Assembly (NCBI GenBank): GCA_964590575.1
Contig: CAZPWM010000007.1
Location: forward strand, 1 to 56,048
Reading direction: 5' to 3'
Length of the DNA: 56,048 nucleotides
Source of the DNA: an uncultured archaeon
GTDB taxonomy: Archaea > Asgardarchaeota > Thorarchaeia > Thorarchaeales > Thorarchaeaceae
The translations under genes were made by a program, and so were the position numbers. This document shows, one piece after another, positions 36,549-46,646 of this stretch. Positions within the stretch are counted from its first letter, which is position 1. Each line of letters begins with the position of its first letter. The notes beneath the pieces were generated by a model that was not told where the DNA came from, made no database searches, and was given only the letters and a program-made list of their open reading frames with translations.

Positions 36549-38287
36549 GCAAGCAGACAATACTCACGAACGGTCGCGTCTATGATCCGATGAATGGTAT
36601 AGATGGAGAAATCAAAGACATCTGTATATCAGATGGTAAGATTGTTGAACGTGTAGATAAGTCTGCCAAAAAGATTGACCTCAAGGGCCGACTTGTGATG
36701 GCGGGAGGGGTGGATATGCACTCTCACATAGTTGGGAGCAAGATGGGCGTTGGCAGAGCCATGTGCCCTGAGGACCACCGGAAAGATCCTGTTTCAAAGA
36801 CAAAGTACACTCGTGCTGGCGTTGGTTATACAATGCCAAACTCTTACGTCATTGGCTATCGATACTCTTCCATGGGCTACACTACGGTCATTGAACCAGC
36901 TCTCCCAGCCCTCAAAGCACTTGGCTCATGGGAAGAGATGGAGGATTTGCATAATCTTGACTCCGGTTTGCTTCCAATGTTCTGTAACAGCATGATTACA
37001 TTTCATTATGTGAAAGAGAGAGACCTTAGTGGACTTGCTGCATATATTGCATGGATTCTCCAAAAGGTCGGTGGTCTAGGTGTCAAGGTGGTGAATCCTG
37101 GAGGTACCTATGCATGGGCTCATGGTGTCGACCTCCGAGACCCTGATGGTGAAGTTCCCGGATGGGATATCACACCTCGCGAGATTACTCGAGGAATATG
37201 TCAAGCAGTTGAGTCACTAGGTCTTCCTCATATGATGCACTACCATCCGAATAATCTAGGTCGAGTTGGGAATATTGAAACCACAATTAAGCAGCTTGAT
37301 TCTATTCGTGATATCAAAGGACACGGTGGCCGCAAACACATCTGTCATCTAACTCACATGTCCTTTGAAACATTAGGCAATGTTGAGGGTTCAGGGACTG
37401 AATGGAAAGACATTGCTTCAGGTGGCATAGAGTTTGCTAAGTATTTCAACAAGAATAAACATTTCACTGCTGACATGGGACAAATCACATTTGGACCAGC
37501 TACCACCATGACTGGTGATGGTCCATTTGAGTTCTATCTCTACCAACTAACAGGGGGGAAGTGGACAAACATAGCGGTCGACGTAGAACTCCCTGGTGGT
37601 GCTGGAATCGTTCCCTATACCTACTCACCAAAAGCAGCTGGTAACTCAGTGCAATGGACAATTCCCCTTGAGTTTGCGCTCAATGTGGATGATGTCTGGC
37701 GCTGCATCATGAGTACAGATAATCCCAATGCAGGACCTTTCACTAAGTATCCACTAGTTATGTCCTGGTTGATGAGCAAGAAGCAACGTGACACATGGAT
37801 GGAAGGAATGCATAAATTTGCGCATGAACGGTCGATACTACCAACTATTGAACGTGAGTGGAGTCTCTATGAGATAGCAATCTCTACAAGAGCCGCCCCT
37901 GCAAAAATACTGGGAATCGAATCAGTAAAGGGTCACCTTGGTGTTGGAGCTGATGCAGACGTTGCTGTCTATGATGTAGACCCAACAAAGGTAGATTTCG
38001 CTAAAGACCCCGAACGTATAATCAAGACCTTCTCAACCTCTTATCTCACATTCCTTCGTGGTCAACAGGTGGCCAAGAAGGGTGTTGTGAAAGGTACCGA
38101 AGAAAGGAAAGTTTGGTCAATTCACCCAGAGTTGAACGAAGCACTATGGGGACGGATTAACAAAGAACTCGAAGTACTGATGAACGATTGGTATTCACAT
38201 GCTTTCCACAACTATCCAGTCCCTGAGAGATATCGTTCTAAAATGGAACAAAAAATCCCGGTCAATTCAACATCTGTGCCTGCTTAG
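36545..38287 (+). CDS. fwdA: Formylmethanofuran dehydrogenase subunit A (amidohydrolase)
   Basis: GGVDMHSH, MGYTT, KVVNPGG, HPNNLG, TDNPNAGPF, GHLGVGADAD motifs. Confidence 0.93.
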   Translation: MSKQTILTNGRVYDPMNGIDGEIKDICISDGKIVERVDKSAKKIDLKGRLVMAGGVDMHSHIVGSKMGVGRAMCPEDHRKDPVSKTKYTRAGVGYTMPNSYVIGYRYSSMGYTTVIEPALPALKALGSWEEMEDLHNLDSGLLPMFCNSMITFHYVKERDLSGLAAYIAWILQKVGGLGVKVVNPGGTYAWAHGVDLRDPDGEVPGWDITPREITRGICQAVESLGLPHMMHYHPNNLGRVGNIETTIKQLDSIRDIKGHGGRKHICHLTHMSFETLGNVEGSGTEWKDIASGGIEFAKYFNKNKHFTADMGQITFGPATTMTGDGPFEFYLYQLTGGKWTNIAVDVELPGGAGIVPYTYSPKAAGNSVQWTIPLEFALNVDDVWRCIMSTDNPNAGPFTKYPLVMSWLMSKKQRDTWMEGMHKFAHERSILPTIEREWSLYEIAISTRAAPAKILGIESVKGHLGVGADADVAVYDVDPTKVDFAKDPERIIKTFSTSYLTFLRGQQVAKKGVVKGTEERKVWSIHPELNEALWGRINKELEVLMNDWYSHAFHNYPVPERYRSKMEQKIPVNSTSVPA

Positions 38288-38301
38288 TTGCTGGTGGCAG
38301 C

Positions 38302-39075
38302 ATGTCTGCAGAGAACCCATTCGAGGATTTAGAGTCTGGATATGAGGGTGTAGGTGAATTCTACGACCTATTTGCAGATAATACCGATATTCCCTTTTTT
38401 CTGGAATATGCCGGACAAACAGGATCTCCTATATTGGATCTTGCAGCAGGGACCGGTCGGGTAACCTTTGCTCTTGCGAAAGAGGGGTTTGATGTAGTGG
38501 CTCTTGAAAAGTCACCATCCATGATGGATGAGGCCCGGAAGAAACTCGAAAATTTCCCCCAGGATGAATCCCGCAGAGTCACATTAATAGAAGGATCAAT
38601 GACAAAGTTCTCTCTGGAAACGAAGTTCTCTCTGATTATTGTTCCTAACTCATTCGGTCATCTACTTTCAACGGAAGACCAGCTTTCTACCCTTCATTGT
38701 GTGAGAAACCATCTAAAGGAAAATGGACTCTTCATTCTTGATCTTTATCCAGGGGAACTCCAGTATGAAAATGCAACATTTGAGGATGCAGCTGTAAAGC
38801 TTCCAGATGGAAGAATAGTTACACGATCCGGAGTCATACGTTCCAATTATCAAACCCGGATTATGCGTTTGGAACTTCGATATACCGTGCAGGATAATGA
38901 TGGTCAAGTCATCAATGAGCTGGATGTTGTATCTGGTGCCTCGCTCATCTTCAAACAGGACGCAGATCTTCTGATCAGGATATCTGGCTTGCGAATCGAA
39001 AACGAATTCGGGGATTTTAATAAGAGTCCCTATCATTCTGATTCAGGGCGCAGGATATTTGTCCTCAGAAAATGA
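38302..39075 (+). CDS. Class I SAM-dependent methyltransferase
   Basis: ILDLAAGTGR, ALEKSPSM, HLKENGLFILD motifs. Confidence 0.88.
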   Translation: MSAENPFEDLESGYEGVGEFYDLFADNTDIPFFLEYAGQTGSPILDLAAGTGRVTFALAKEGFDVVALEKSPSMMDEARKKLENFPQDESRRVTLIEGSMTKFSLETKFSLIIVPNSFGHLLSTEDQLSTLHCVRNHLKENGLFILDLYPGELQYENATFEDAAVKLPDGRIVTRSGVIRSNYQTRIMRLELRYTVQDNDGQVINELDVVSGASLIFKQDADLLIRISGLRIENEFGDFNKSPYHSDSGRRIFVLRK

Positions 39076-39081
39076 GATAGA

Positions 39082-39107
39082 GAGAGGGTGAAAATAAAGC
39101 CCCTCTC
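39082..39107. terminator. Hairpin between convergent genes
   Basis: GAGAGGG...CCCTCTC stem. Confidence 0.45.
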
Positions 39108-39143
39108 ATTGTTGATTTTAGTGGTGAAGGCTCACGCTTTGGA

Positions 39144-40385
39144 TTAGCTCACTTGTTCAGGAGGTGGTAGTTGATCTACCTTTCTTGGCTCTTCTCTGAA
39201 AGTAACATCATCCTCTGCCTCTAAGCTGTCCGTGTAGAGTACTTCGCCTTCTACATATGCCCCTCTCTCAATATAGATAGTCTTTCCATAAAGACTTCCT
39301 ACACGTGCACGTTCTTCAATTCTGATGTCATTGCCATATAGTGAATCAGTTCTTGCACGTTCGCGAATGAGAATCTCATTTGACTCGACAAAGCCTCTAA
39401 CCTCAGATCTCTTTCCAATTCGGAAACCATCAGTGGCTCTGATGTACTCTGCTTGTATTTCGCCACCTACGATTATTCGGAAGGTGTCAATACGCCCCTC
39501 AGCCCTCACGGTGCCGCCGACTTTGATTTTTCCATCGCTCTTTAGATTCCCACCTATTGAAGCAGTTCCACCAACATTGAGGCCTTCAGAAACCTCTAGA
39601 TTTCCCTCCGTCTTTACGGTTCCACCTACGTCGATCAATCGACCTGATGCATTACCCATAATCTTCACTGTCCCACCGACATTGATCTCATCAAAAGTCA
39701 AGTCGCCTTCTGCCTTGAAGGTACCACCAATGTCAACAGTATTTACCTTGGAACCTGGACCAACCTTGGCTGTTCCACCAACGTCAAGGTCCTCAATCTC
39801 AATTGCTTCTTCAGCTTTGAAGCTTCCTCCAACTGAAACCTTCTTGATGTATCCTCGGACAGTTTTTCCAGAACCGCCTGCGTCAAATTCTTCAGCTTGA
39901 ATTTTTCCATGGATTCCGACAGACCCACCACCAGAAACCCTCTCAACATCAACATTACCTTCGATGCTGACTGAGCCGCCTCCTGTGAGTCTCTGCGCCT
40001 TAGCGTCACCCGTGACTTTAATGGTAGCACCTGCTTTTGCAGAAATGCATTCAAGGTTTCCTTCTACCTTAAGTGCTGCACCAACTTCGATATCACGAGA
40101 TTTGACATTACCATATACTGCAAGGCTCCCTTTTGGTACACTAGCTGTTTTCTCCGCGATAAGATTTCCATTTACCGTTATCATATCTCGACTCTTAGAC
40201 TCAAGTCGATCACATTGCAGTGAACCATTAATCTCGAGTTCATCAACAACGAATAGTGTACCAGTGATTACAATTGTGTCGCCCTCAGATGGTACGAGAG
40301 TCCTACAACTTCGGATCTCGACATCACCTTCAACCTTTCCGAGTTCAACCACATCTTCATTTTTGAATAATAATTTTTCAGCCAT
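39144..40385 (-). CDS. Polymer-forming/bactofilin-like beta-helix repeat protein
   Basis: Many ~16-17-aa repeats of the type (I/V)xVGGx(V/F)xxxGx; likely start MAEKL at 40385 after AAGGTGAAGG. Confidence 0.72.
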   Translation of the reverse strand: MAEKLLFKNEDVVELGKVEGDVEIRSCRTLVPSEGDTIVITGTLFVVDELEINGSLQCDRLESKSRDMITVNGNLIAEKTASVPKGSLAVYGNVKSRDIEVGAALKVEGNLECISAKAGATIKVTGDAKAQRLTGGGSVSIEGNVDVERVSGGGSVGIHGKIQAEEFDAGGSGKTVRGYIKKVSVGGSFKAEEAIEIEDLDVGGTAKVGPGSKVNTVDIGGTFKAEGDLTFDEINVGGTVKIMGNASGRLIDVGGTVKTEGNLEVSEGLNVGGTASIGGNLKSDGKIKVGGTVRAEGRIDTFRIIVGGEIQAEYIRATDGFRIGKRSEVRGFVESNEILIRERARTDSLYGNDIRIEERARVGSLYGKTIYIERGAYVEGEVLYTDSLEAEDDVTFREEPRKVDQLPPPEQVS

Positions 40386-40499
40386 CTTGGCCTTCACCTT
40401 GTGTAATTCTAATTGAAATCGCTCACTTTTAGTATATAAAGCGGGGCCACAAATTAGGGTCACATGTTGTGACTATCCTCGATTCTACTTGCACTATAC

Positions 40500-40823
40500 T
40501 CACATCCCAATTATTGGCTCGGGGATAGGTATTCCAACGAGTCCTGCTAAGCGTTTATACAGCTCGAGGTATTGGTGCCCTCTGACAGTCACTTTGAAGA
40601 CATTCATTCCTTCGTCATCTTCTTCTTCGAGTAATCCCCTCTCCACAAGCTCTGTGATTGACTCCTTTGCTCTATCTACTGGCATGTTCGTGGAACGAGC
40701 TGCCCTAGTAAGTGGACAATAGCCCCAAATGTAGATTACACGCAATAACTCCGCATAGATGTCATAACGAGTCCGTTTCTGAAGTTCTCTCCTCTTTCTC
40801 TTCTTCTTTGGTTCTTCTGACAT
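40500..40823 (-). CDS. Winged-helix transcription regulator
   Basis: KRTRYDIYAELL...AARSTNM...LVERGLL...VTVRG, an archaeal wHTH pattern. Confidence 0.8.
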   Translation of the reverse strand: MSEEPKKKRKRRELQKRTRYDIYAELLRVIYIWGYCPLTRAARSTNMPVDRAKESITELVERGLLEEEDDEGMNVFKVTVRGHQYLELYKRLAGLVGIPIPEPIIGM

Positions 40824-40958
40824 CTGTGTTGGCCTCAAATAGCTCTTAGCGAATGAAGATAAGAATCTAGTGTCCATGGCGATATTTTAGTGGATTCGTT
40901 TGGACCAGCAATCCTTATGACTTGGGAAACATGCAATGAGCCATCGAGCGGGACCACG

Positions 40959-41696
40959 ATGATTCGTTGTATATACCTGGTCAATAAAGGTGGGGATTCT
41001 CTATATGGACGCTCATTCGAAGATGATGCGTGCGTAGATCTAACCGCGTTGCCATCTTATATACGAAATTCCGTGGTGATGATGCAATCAAGTACAAGCA
41101 CATCTTCTGATAGAGTTTATACCCTTGAACTGAATGACTCTATCTGGTCTTACTCATTCTTTCCCTCCTTTGCGCTGGTTTCATTGACATCAGTCGAGCA
41201 GTCATTGACCCAGCTGAAGAATCTCATGCAATCATTGGGTTACGCAATTGCTCATGAATTTGGAGCCCTCATTGATTCTTGGAATGGGAGCATGAGTGAT
41301 ATTGCTGATATCAACGCTCTAATTGATACTTATCTCTCGGTTTCTCTTGATTCGCCTTCAACAAACACTATCAAACTCATCGAACGACTTGTTGATAAAG
41401 CACTCAAAAAACCCGAGATATCTTTTGTAGGTGTCTTTGACGCAGAGGGCAATTTGGTCAAGGGAAATGTTCCTGACATCTATATGTTCAGGATTCAGGT
41501 CGAGATATCTCAGGGGGTCATATCGCCTGTAATGGATATCGCACCATCTACGATAAACTCCGGTGATCACGTACTACAACTGTTGAAAGTCCACTCACTC
41601 ACAGTAGTAGTTGCTTCCCAACCTTCTGAAAGTAACCTTCACGCTACGAGTACCGTTAGTGAAATTGCGAACTCCTTGAATGATAAAATTAGCTAG
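40959..41696 (+). CDS. Longin-like + roadblock-like two-domain protein
   Basis: N-terminal MIRCIYLVNKGGDSLYGRSF (longin beta1-beta2) and C-terminal ISFVGVFDAEGNLV (roadblock-like); likely start 40959. Confidence 0.6.
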   Translation: MIRCIYLVNKGGDSLYGRSFEDDACVDLTALPSYIRNSVVMMQSSTSTSSDRVYTLELNDSIWSYSFFPSFALVSLTSVEQSLTQLKNLMQSLGYAIAHEFGALIDSWNGSMSDIADINALIDTYLSVSLDSPSTNTIKLIERLVDKALKKPEISFVGVFDAEGNLVKGNVPDIYMFRIQVEISQGVISPVMDIAPSTINSGDHVLQLLKVHSLTVVVASQPSESNLHATSTVSEIANSLNDKIS

Positions 41697-41809
41697 CGCT
41701 TTCATCCTGAAATTTTGAATATATTGATTGTATTTCTTTTCTGGTTTTGACGAAAGACACAAGTATTGCACATGCGGATTCGCTTTCTATACTAAGTGGA
41801 GGTTTCTCA

Positions 41810-42424
41810 ATGTTAATTGTTGGTATTTGCGGCTCTCCCAAGACTGATCACTCAAACACACGCTTCTTGCTTGAGAAAGCGCTTGAAGCTGTTCCTGATA
41901 GCCAGACATTGTTACTCACTATCAGTGATTTCAACATTCAACACTGTACAGGCTGTGACTCATGTGTCAGGAAAAAACCCTGTCCTCAGAGCGCTGATGA
42001 TGATATGCCCGAGTTAGAGAAGAAACTCATTGAAGCGGATGGCATTATCATTGCAGCACCGTCCTACTTCACCTCCGTTCCTGGAGTTCTCAAAGATTTC
42101 ATCGATAGGTCTCGAGCCATGAAGATGAATGACCACCAATTGAAGAACAAAGTCTTTGGCGCAATCACCTATGCTGGTCTCCGGTATGGTGGTCAAGAAC
42201 ATGTGGTGGATTTACTGAATCGTTATGCACTAGGTCAAGGTATGATAGTTGTAGGAAGTGTTGGAAGTCCAGTAAAACATGGCACATTTGGTTCAGGCAG
42301 TCTTCAGACTGATGAAGGATTGTGGAGATCTGCACAAGATGATGACCTAGCAGTGAAAGGTAGTGCACTCCTAGGAATGAGAGTTGCAGAGGTTGCCAAA
42401 CGACTCCAAGATCATGGTGAGTAA
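41810..42424 (+). CDS. Iron-sulfur flavoprotein / multimeric flavodoxin (Isf/WrbA-like)
   Basis: GICGSPK...SNT, CTGCDSC...CP, AAPSYF, LKDFIDR and GGQE motifs. Confidence 0.88.
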   Translation: MLIVGICGSPKTDHSNTRFLLEKALEAVPDSQTLLLTISDFNIQHCTGCDSCVRKKPCPQSADDDMPELEKKLIEADGIIIAAPSYFTSVPGVLKDFIDRSRAMKMNDHQLKNKVFGAITYAGLRYGGQEHVVDLLNRYALGQGMIVVGSVGSPVKHGTFGSGSLQTDEGLWRSAQDDDLAVKGSALLGMRVAEVAKRLQDHGE

Positions 42425-42426
42425 GG

Positions 42427-42978
42427 ATGATTTACGGTCTTGTTCAGGTTTACACTGGAGATGGAAAAGGAAAGACTACATGTGCACTAGGTGCTGGGCT
42501 TCGTGCTGCCGGACATGGCCAAGAGGTCCTCATGATTTCTTTTATGAAAGCCAAGATAGCCACACGGAATGGTGATGCAGATATCAATTATGGAGAGTTT
42601 AGGAGTACTGACTTAATACCGAATTTCACCATTATTCCGGTTGGTCGAGAAACCTTTGTTGACAAAGAGAATCCTGATCCCATCGATATTGAGATGGCCC
42701 AAGATGGGTTACGTCTTGCACAAGAAGCGATGCGTGATAAGAAATGTGACGTCTTGATTTTGGATGAGATAAATGTGGCCGTTGAATGGAATCTTTTTTC
42801 CCTTAATGAGCAACTCGACCTTATCAGAAACAAACCAGAAGGTATGGAACTGATAATGACGGGCCGTTATGCTAAGCAGGAGGTCTTGGACGCCGCAGAC
42901 CTTGTTACTGAAATGAAAGAGATTAAACATTACTTCAAAGGAATGAATGTGCAAGCTCGCAAAGGGTTTGAGTTCTAG
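42427..42978 (+). CDS. cobO: Cob(I)alamin adenosyltransferase (CobO/BtuR type)
   Basis: VYTGDGKGKTT, LILDEIN, ELIMTGR, ADLVTEMKEIKH motifs. Confidence 0.92.
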   Translation: MIYGLVQVYTGDGKGKTTCALGAGLRAAGHGQEVLMISFMKAKIATRNGDADINYGEFRSTDLIPNFTIIPVGRETFVDKENPDPIDIEMAQDGLRLAQEAMRDKKCDVLILDEINVAVEWNLFSLNEQLDLIRNKPEGMELIMTGRYAKQEVLDAADLVTEMKEIKHYFKGMNVQARKGFEF

Positions 42979-43053
42979 AATACTTCATCAATCGAACACT
43001 TAATATTCGCTCTCATTTTCGGACACTTGTTCCATGATTCGGAGGAGTCATTG

Positions 43054-44733
43054 ATGGTTGATAGTACCTTTGGGAAGATTGCTGCGGCTAAGAAGAACTG
43101 GGAGAAGAACATACTTGCTCCACATCAGGCAAAGCATCCAGATCGAAGGAAGGAGTTCGTCACTACCTCCAGTAAGCCTGTAAAGGTTCTCTATACTCCC
43201 CTTGATATCCCGGACTTCGATTATATGAAGGACTTGGGATTCCCAAGCGAGTATCCTTATACACGCGGCGTTCAACCTACTATGCATCGCGGTCAGCTTT
43301 GGACAATGCGACAGTTTGCAGGGATGGGCAGTGCTGAGGAAACTAATGAGCGATTCAAGTTCCTCTTAGCTAATGGACAGACAGGTCTCAGTGTAGCTTT
43401 CCATCTGCCGACAATTTTCGCACGGGATTCTGACCATCCATTTGCACATGGAGAAGTTGGAAAGTTAGGAGTTGCAGTAGACTCGCTCAAGGACATGGAG
43501 ATACTTTTCGATGGGATTCCACTTGATCAAGTCACTACATCAATGACCATCAATGCACCAGCCTCAATCCTGCTTGCAATGTACATGGTGGCTGCTGAGA
43601 AACAGGGTGTTTCGTCAAAGCAGATTGGTGGAACGATTCAGAATGACCTGCTAAAGGAGTACATGGCTCAAAAGTCATGGATTCTCGCACCTACCCCCTC
43701 TTTGCGAATCATTGGGGACATAATGGAGTACGCAACAAAACACATTCCTCGGTGGAACACTATCTCCATCTCAGGTTATCATATCCGTGAAGCTGGATCG
43801 ACAGCAATCCAAGAATTAGCATTCACCTTGCTGAATGGAATGGAGTATGTGAAGGTTGGTACGAAACACGGATTAGATGTTGATTCATTCGCCCCACGAC
43901 TCTCATTCTTTTTCAATGCTCATAATGACATATTTGAGGAAGTGGCTAAGTACAGAGCAGCTCGTAGAATCTGGGCTCGAGAGATGAAAGAGACCTTTGG
44001 AGCGAAGAAAGAGAGATCTCTATGGATGCGATTCCACACTCAGACTGCGGGATGCTCACTGACAGCACAACAGCCAATGTCCAATGTTGTGAGGACTGCA
44101 TACCAAGCACTTGCTGCTGTACTCGGAGGCACTCAGTCTTTACACACGAACTCAATGGATGAGGCACTATGCCTTCCAACTGAGGATGCTGTCAGAGTTG
44201 CACTGAGAACTCAACAGGTACTTGCTCATGAGAGTGGTGCTGCGAATACAATTGATCCATTAGCTGGATCCTATTATGTTGAAGCCCTCACAAACGAAAT
44301 GGAGGAGGAAGCTTACAAGTACTTCGAAAAGGTCGAAGCACTGGGTGGAGTTGTAGAAGCAATTGAGAAAGGATTCTTCCAGAGAGAGATAGCAGAAGCA
44401 TCATACCGCTATCAGAGGGAAATCGATAGTGGAGACCGTAAGATTGTTGGTGTCAACGACTATATTCTTGAAGGTGAGAAGATCACAATCCCTGTCCTGA
44501 AGATTGATGAGGAAGTCGAACGTCGTCAGATTGAACGGACTCAGAAGATACGAAAGGACCGCGACAATAAGAAAGTTGAGGAAGCTCTAGACGGACTTCG
44601 AAAGGCATCAGAGGGTGAAGAGAATGTCATGCCGCACATTGTTCAAGCAGTTCGAGAGTACGCTACTATCGGCGAAATCTTCGAGGTCTGGCGCGAACTC
44701 TGGGGCGAGTGGGATGAGCCTAAGATTTTCTGA
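43054..44733 (+). CDS. icmA: B12-dependent acyl-CoA mutase large (substrate-binding) subunit, methylmalonyl-CoA mutase family with isobutyryl-CoA mutase-type residues
   Basis: [48 protein letters not shown]; no C-terminal DxH B12-binding domain. The family call is strong; the icmA symbol rests on two residues. Confidence 0.85.
   Translation: MVDSTFGKIAAAKKNWEKNILAPHQAKHPDRRKEFVTTSSKPVKVLYTPLDIPDFDYMKDLGFPSEYPYTRGVQPTMHRGQLWTMRQFAGMGSAEETNERFKFLLANGQTGLSVAFHLPTIFARDSDHPFAHGEVGKLGVAVDSLKDMEILFDGIPLDQVTTSMTINAPASILLAMYMVAAEKQGVSSKQIGGTIQNDLLKEYMAQKSWILAPTPSLRIIGDIMEYATKHIPRWNTISISGYHIREAGSTAIQELAFTLLNGMEYVKVGTKHGLDVDSFAPRLSFFFNAHNDIFEEVAKYRAARRIWAREMKETFGAKKERSLWMRFHTQTAGCSLTAQQPMSNVVRTAYQALAAVLGGTQSLHTNSMDEALCLPTEDAVRVALRTQQVLAHESGAANTIDPLAGSYYVEALTNEMEEEAYKYFEKVEALGGVVEAIEKGFFQREIAEASYRYQREIDSGDRKIVGVNDYILEGEKITIPVLKIDEEVERRQIERTQKIRKDRDNKKVEEALDGLRKASEGEENVMPHIVQAVREYATIGEIFEVWRELWGEWDEPKIF
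44668..44733 (+). repeat. Direct repeat copy 1 (3' end of the mutase gene)
   Basis: 58/66 nt identical to 48638-48703; first 25 nt identical. Confidence 0.9.
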
Positions 44734-44743
44734 TTATCGTTTC

Positions 44744-46606
44744 TCACAGGGTTGTTCCTCGCCTTCTAAGGATGTAGACAATGATAACTACTGCAACAAC
44801 TCCTCCAACGACTGATACACCGATCACTGTAACATTTGGTCTACTTATTGTGAAGACCAAATCTGAAACATCCTCTGAAACAAGACCTGAAGCACTTCTA
44901 GCCACAACACGGATGAGATACTGATTTCCATCTGGTATTCCACTTATGTCCCAAACGAATGAGTTGTCCTCAATAGAATCAGTTAGCTCTGACCATGTTT
45001 CACCAGCATCTAGAGAATAATAGATGTCATATGTGACTGGAAGTCCCCATGATTCCACAGCGTCACTCCATGTTATATCATAGTTTCCAAAGATCGATTC
45101 TCCTCCATTCGGTGTGAGGACTGTTGGAGCTGATAGATTGTGGTTCTTGACCTCGTACTCTACACCTGTGGTGTATTCAGAAACCAGTCCATCAGTACAC
45201 TGAGCAATGACCTTGAACCTGTACTCTGCGCTTTCCGTATACTCTGAGGAGTTCCATTCCAGATTTGTGTCAACGAGATCGTGTCCAATCTCAATCCATG
45301 ATGTACCCCCATTATTTGATACTGACACATTGTAGGTTGCATCATGACCAAACGTGTCACTTGAAACACTCCATCGAAGTTGAACGGGTCCCCAGAATTT
45401 CTCTCCACTCATTGTTTCGTTTGGAAAGATCAGTATTGGTTTTGTAAGGATGTGCATCAAATCAGTCTGGAAAACTTTGACATGTGGCTCATTATCGCTG
45501 TGTTCACGAACCTCATCATAGAGATATGGCCGGTCGACGATATCATTCTCGTCTAAATCAGGCCAGGTCCACACATCATAATAATTCTCAATGATGATAT
45601 TGTTTGAACCCAAATCAATAAGATAACTAGCAATCACTGAAAATTCCTGATTATTCTCAATGAAATTATTCAGAGTGATGTTGTTGTTGTTTGCTTGACA
45701 ACGAAGTCCTTGCAACCAACTCACATAGAAGGTGTTAGCAATGATATCTGTTGAGTCTCCAGCCACATCTACGGAGTATCCTCCACTCCAATAAAGGACA
45801 TTATCTTTAATGCGACATTGGGATGATACTTCAATTGAAATACCATCCTCAACGCTGTACTTCACCAGATTCTCCTCTATCTTACATCTGTGTGAGTTTC
45901 CAATCTTAATTCCACTTAGGTGGCTATGTGTTATCTCATTGAGTGTTATATTATTCTCAGAGGAGTCTCGTAGACGAATCCCATCATATGCTGCTGAACT
46001 AACATAATTCTCGGAGATTGAGCAATTATTCGAATAATCAATTAGAAATCCCCATCCGCTCACAGCACCTATGGTGTTATTGGTAAATTCACAGTAGTTG
46101 GAACCAAGCGAATACAAACCGGCGGAATCTGCACCAGTGATACTTCGTATTGTATTATTGGTTACTATGACACTGTTTGACTCGGTCACAAGTAAGCCAC
46201 AACTATCTGAGTCTTGTATCGTAGTATTCCAAACTTTGGCATTTGTCACATTCTGTAGAAGAATTCCTATTGATCCCCCAACAATAAGACTCCCTCGAAC
46301 TTCAAAGAATACAGTCGTATTTCCTATTTGGATTGCAGAGTTTCCTGATGTCGTGATATTAAGTCCCTCTATGATATAGGGGTCACTCACCGAACCATTG
46401 CCATCCCATGAGTTCAGAGCCACTTGATTAGCAAAGTCAGTATTATTTGAGATATAAATGGGAAGACTTTCTTCATAGCCTGGACTGAAGATATTCAATA
46501 TCTCTTGAGTATGAACAGTTGGGCTATCAACAAAGCAGATGGCCATTGCTAATGGACACAAGACAAGAAGAGTCAAGCATAAGAAAATCTTTGTTTTACT
46601 AATCAT
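44744..46606 (-). CDS. Surface protein: NosD-like beta-helix + 2 Ig/FN3-like domains + TM anchor
   Basis: Signal peptide, GNGSVSDPY, GIxI...N coils, PNGGE...WD...YLIRV domains, TM helix plus RRR. Confidence 0.82.
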   Translation of the reverse strand: MISKTKIFLCLTLLVLCPLAMAICFVDSPTVHTQEILNIFSPGYEESLPIYISNNTDFANQVALNSWDGNGSVSDPYIIEGLNITTSGNSAIQIGNTTVFFEVRGSLIVGGSIGILLQNVTNAKVWNTTIQDSDSCGLLVTESNSVIVTNNTIRSITGADSAGLYSLGSNYCEFTNNTIGAVSGWGFLIDYSNNCSISENYVSSAAYDGIRLRDSSENNITLNEITHSHLSGIKIGNSHRCKIEENLVKYSVEDGISIEVSSQCRIKDNVLYWSGGYSVDVAGDSTDIIANTFYVSWLQGLRCQANNNNITLNNFIENNQEFSVIASYLIDLGSNNIIIENYYDVWTWPDLDENDIVDRPYLYDEVREHSDNEPHVKVFQTDLMHILTKPILIFPNETMSGEKFWGPVQLRWSVSSDTFGHDATYNVSVSNNGGTSWIEIGHDLVDTNLEWNSSEYTESAEYRFKVIAQCTDGLVSEYTTGVEYEVKNHNLSAPTVLTPNGGESIFGNYDITWSDAVESWGLPVTYDIYYSLDAGETWSELTDSIEDNSFVWDISGIPDGNQYLIRVVARSASGLVSEDVSDLVFTISRPNVTVIGVSVVGGVVAVVIIVYILRRRGTTL

Positions 46607-46646
46607 ATGTTATCAGACCTACTTGATTCATTGTTTTTTTCTGGCT

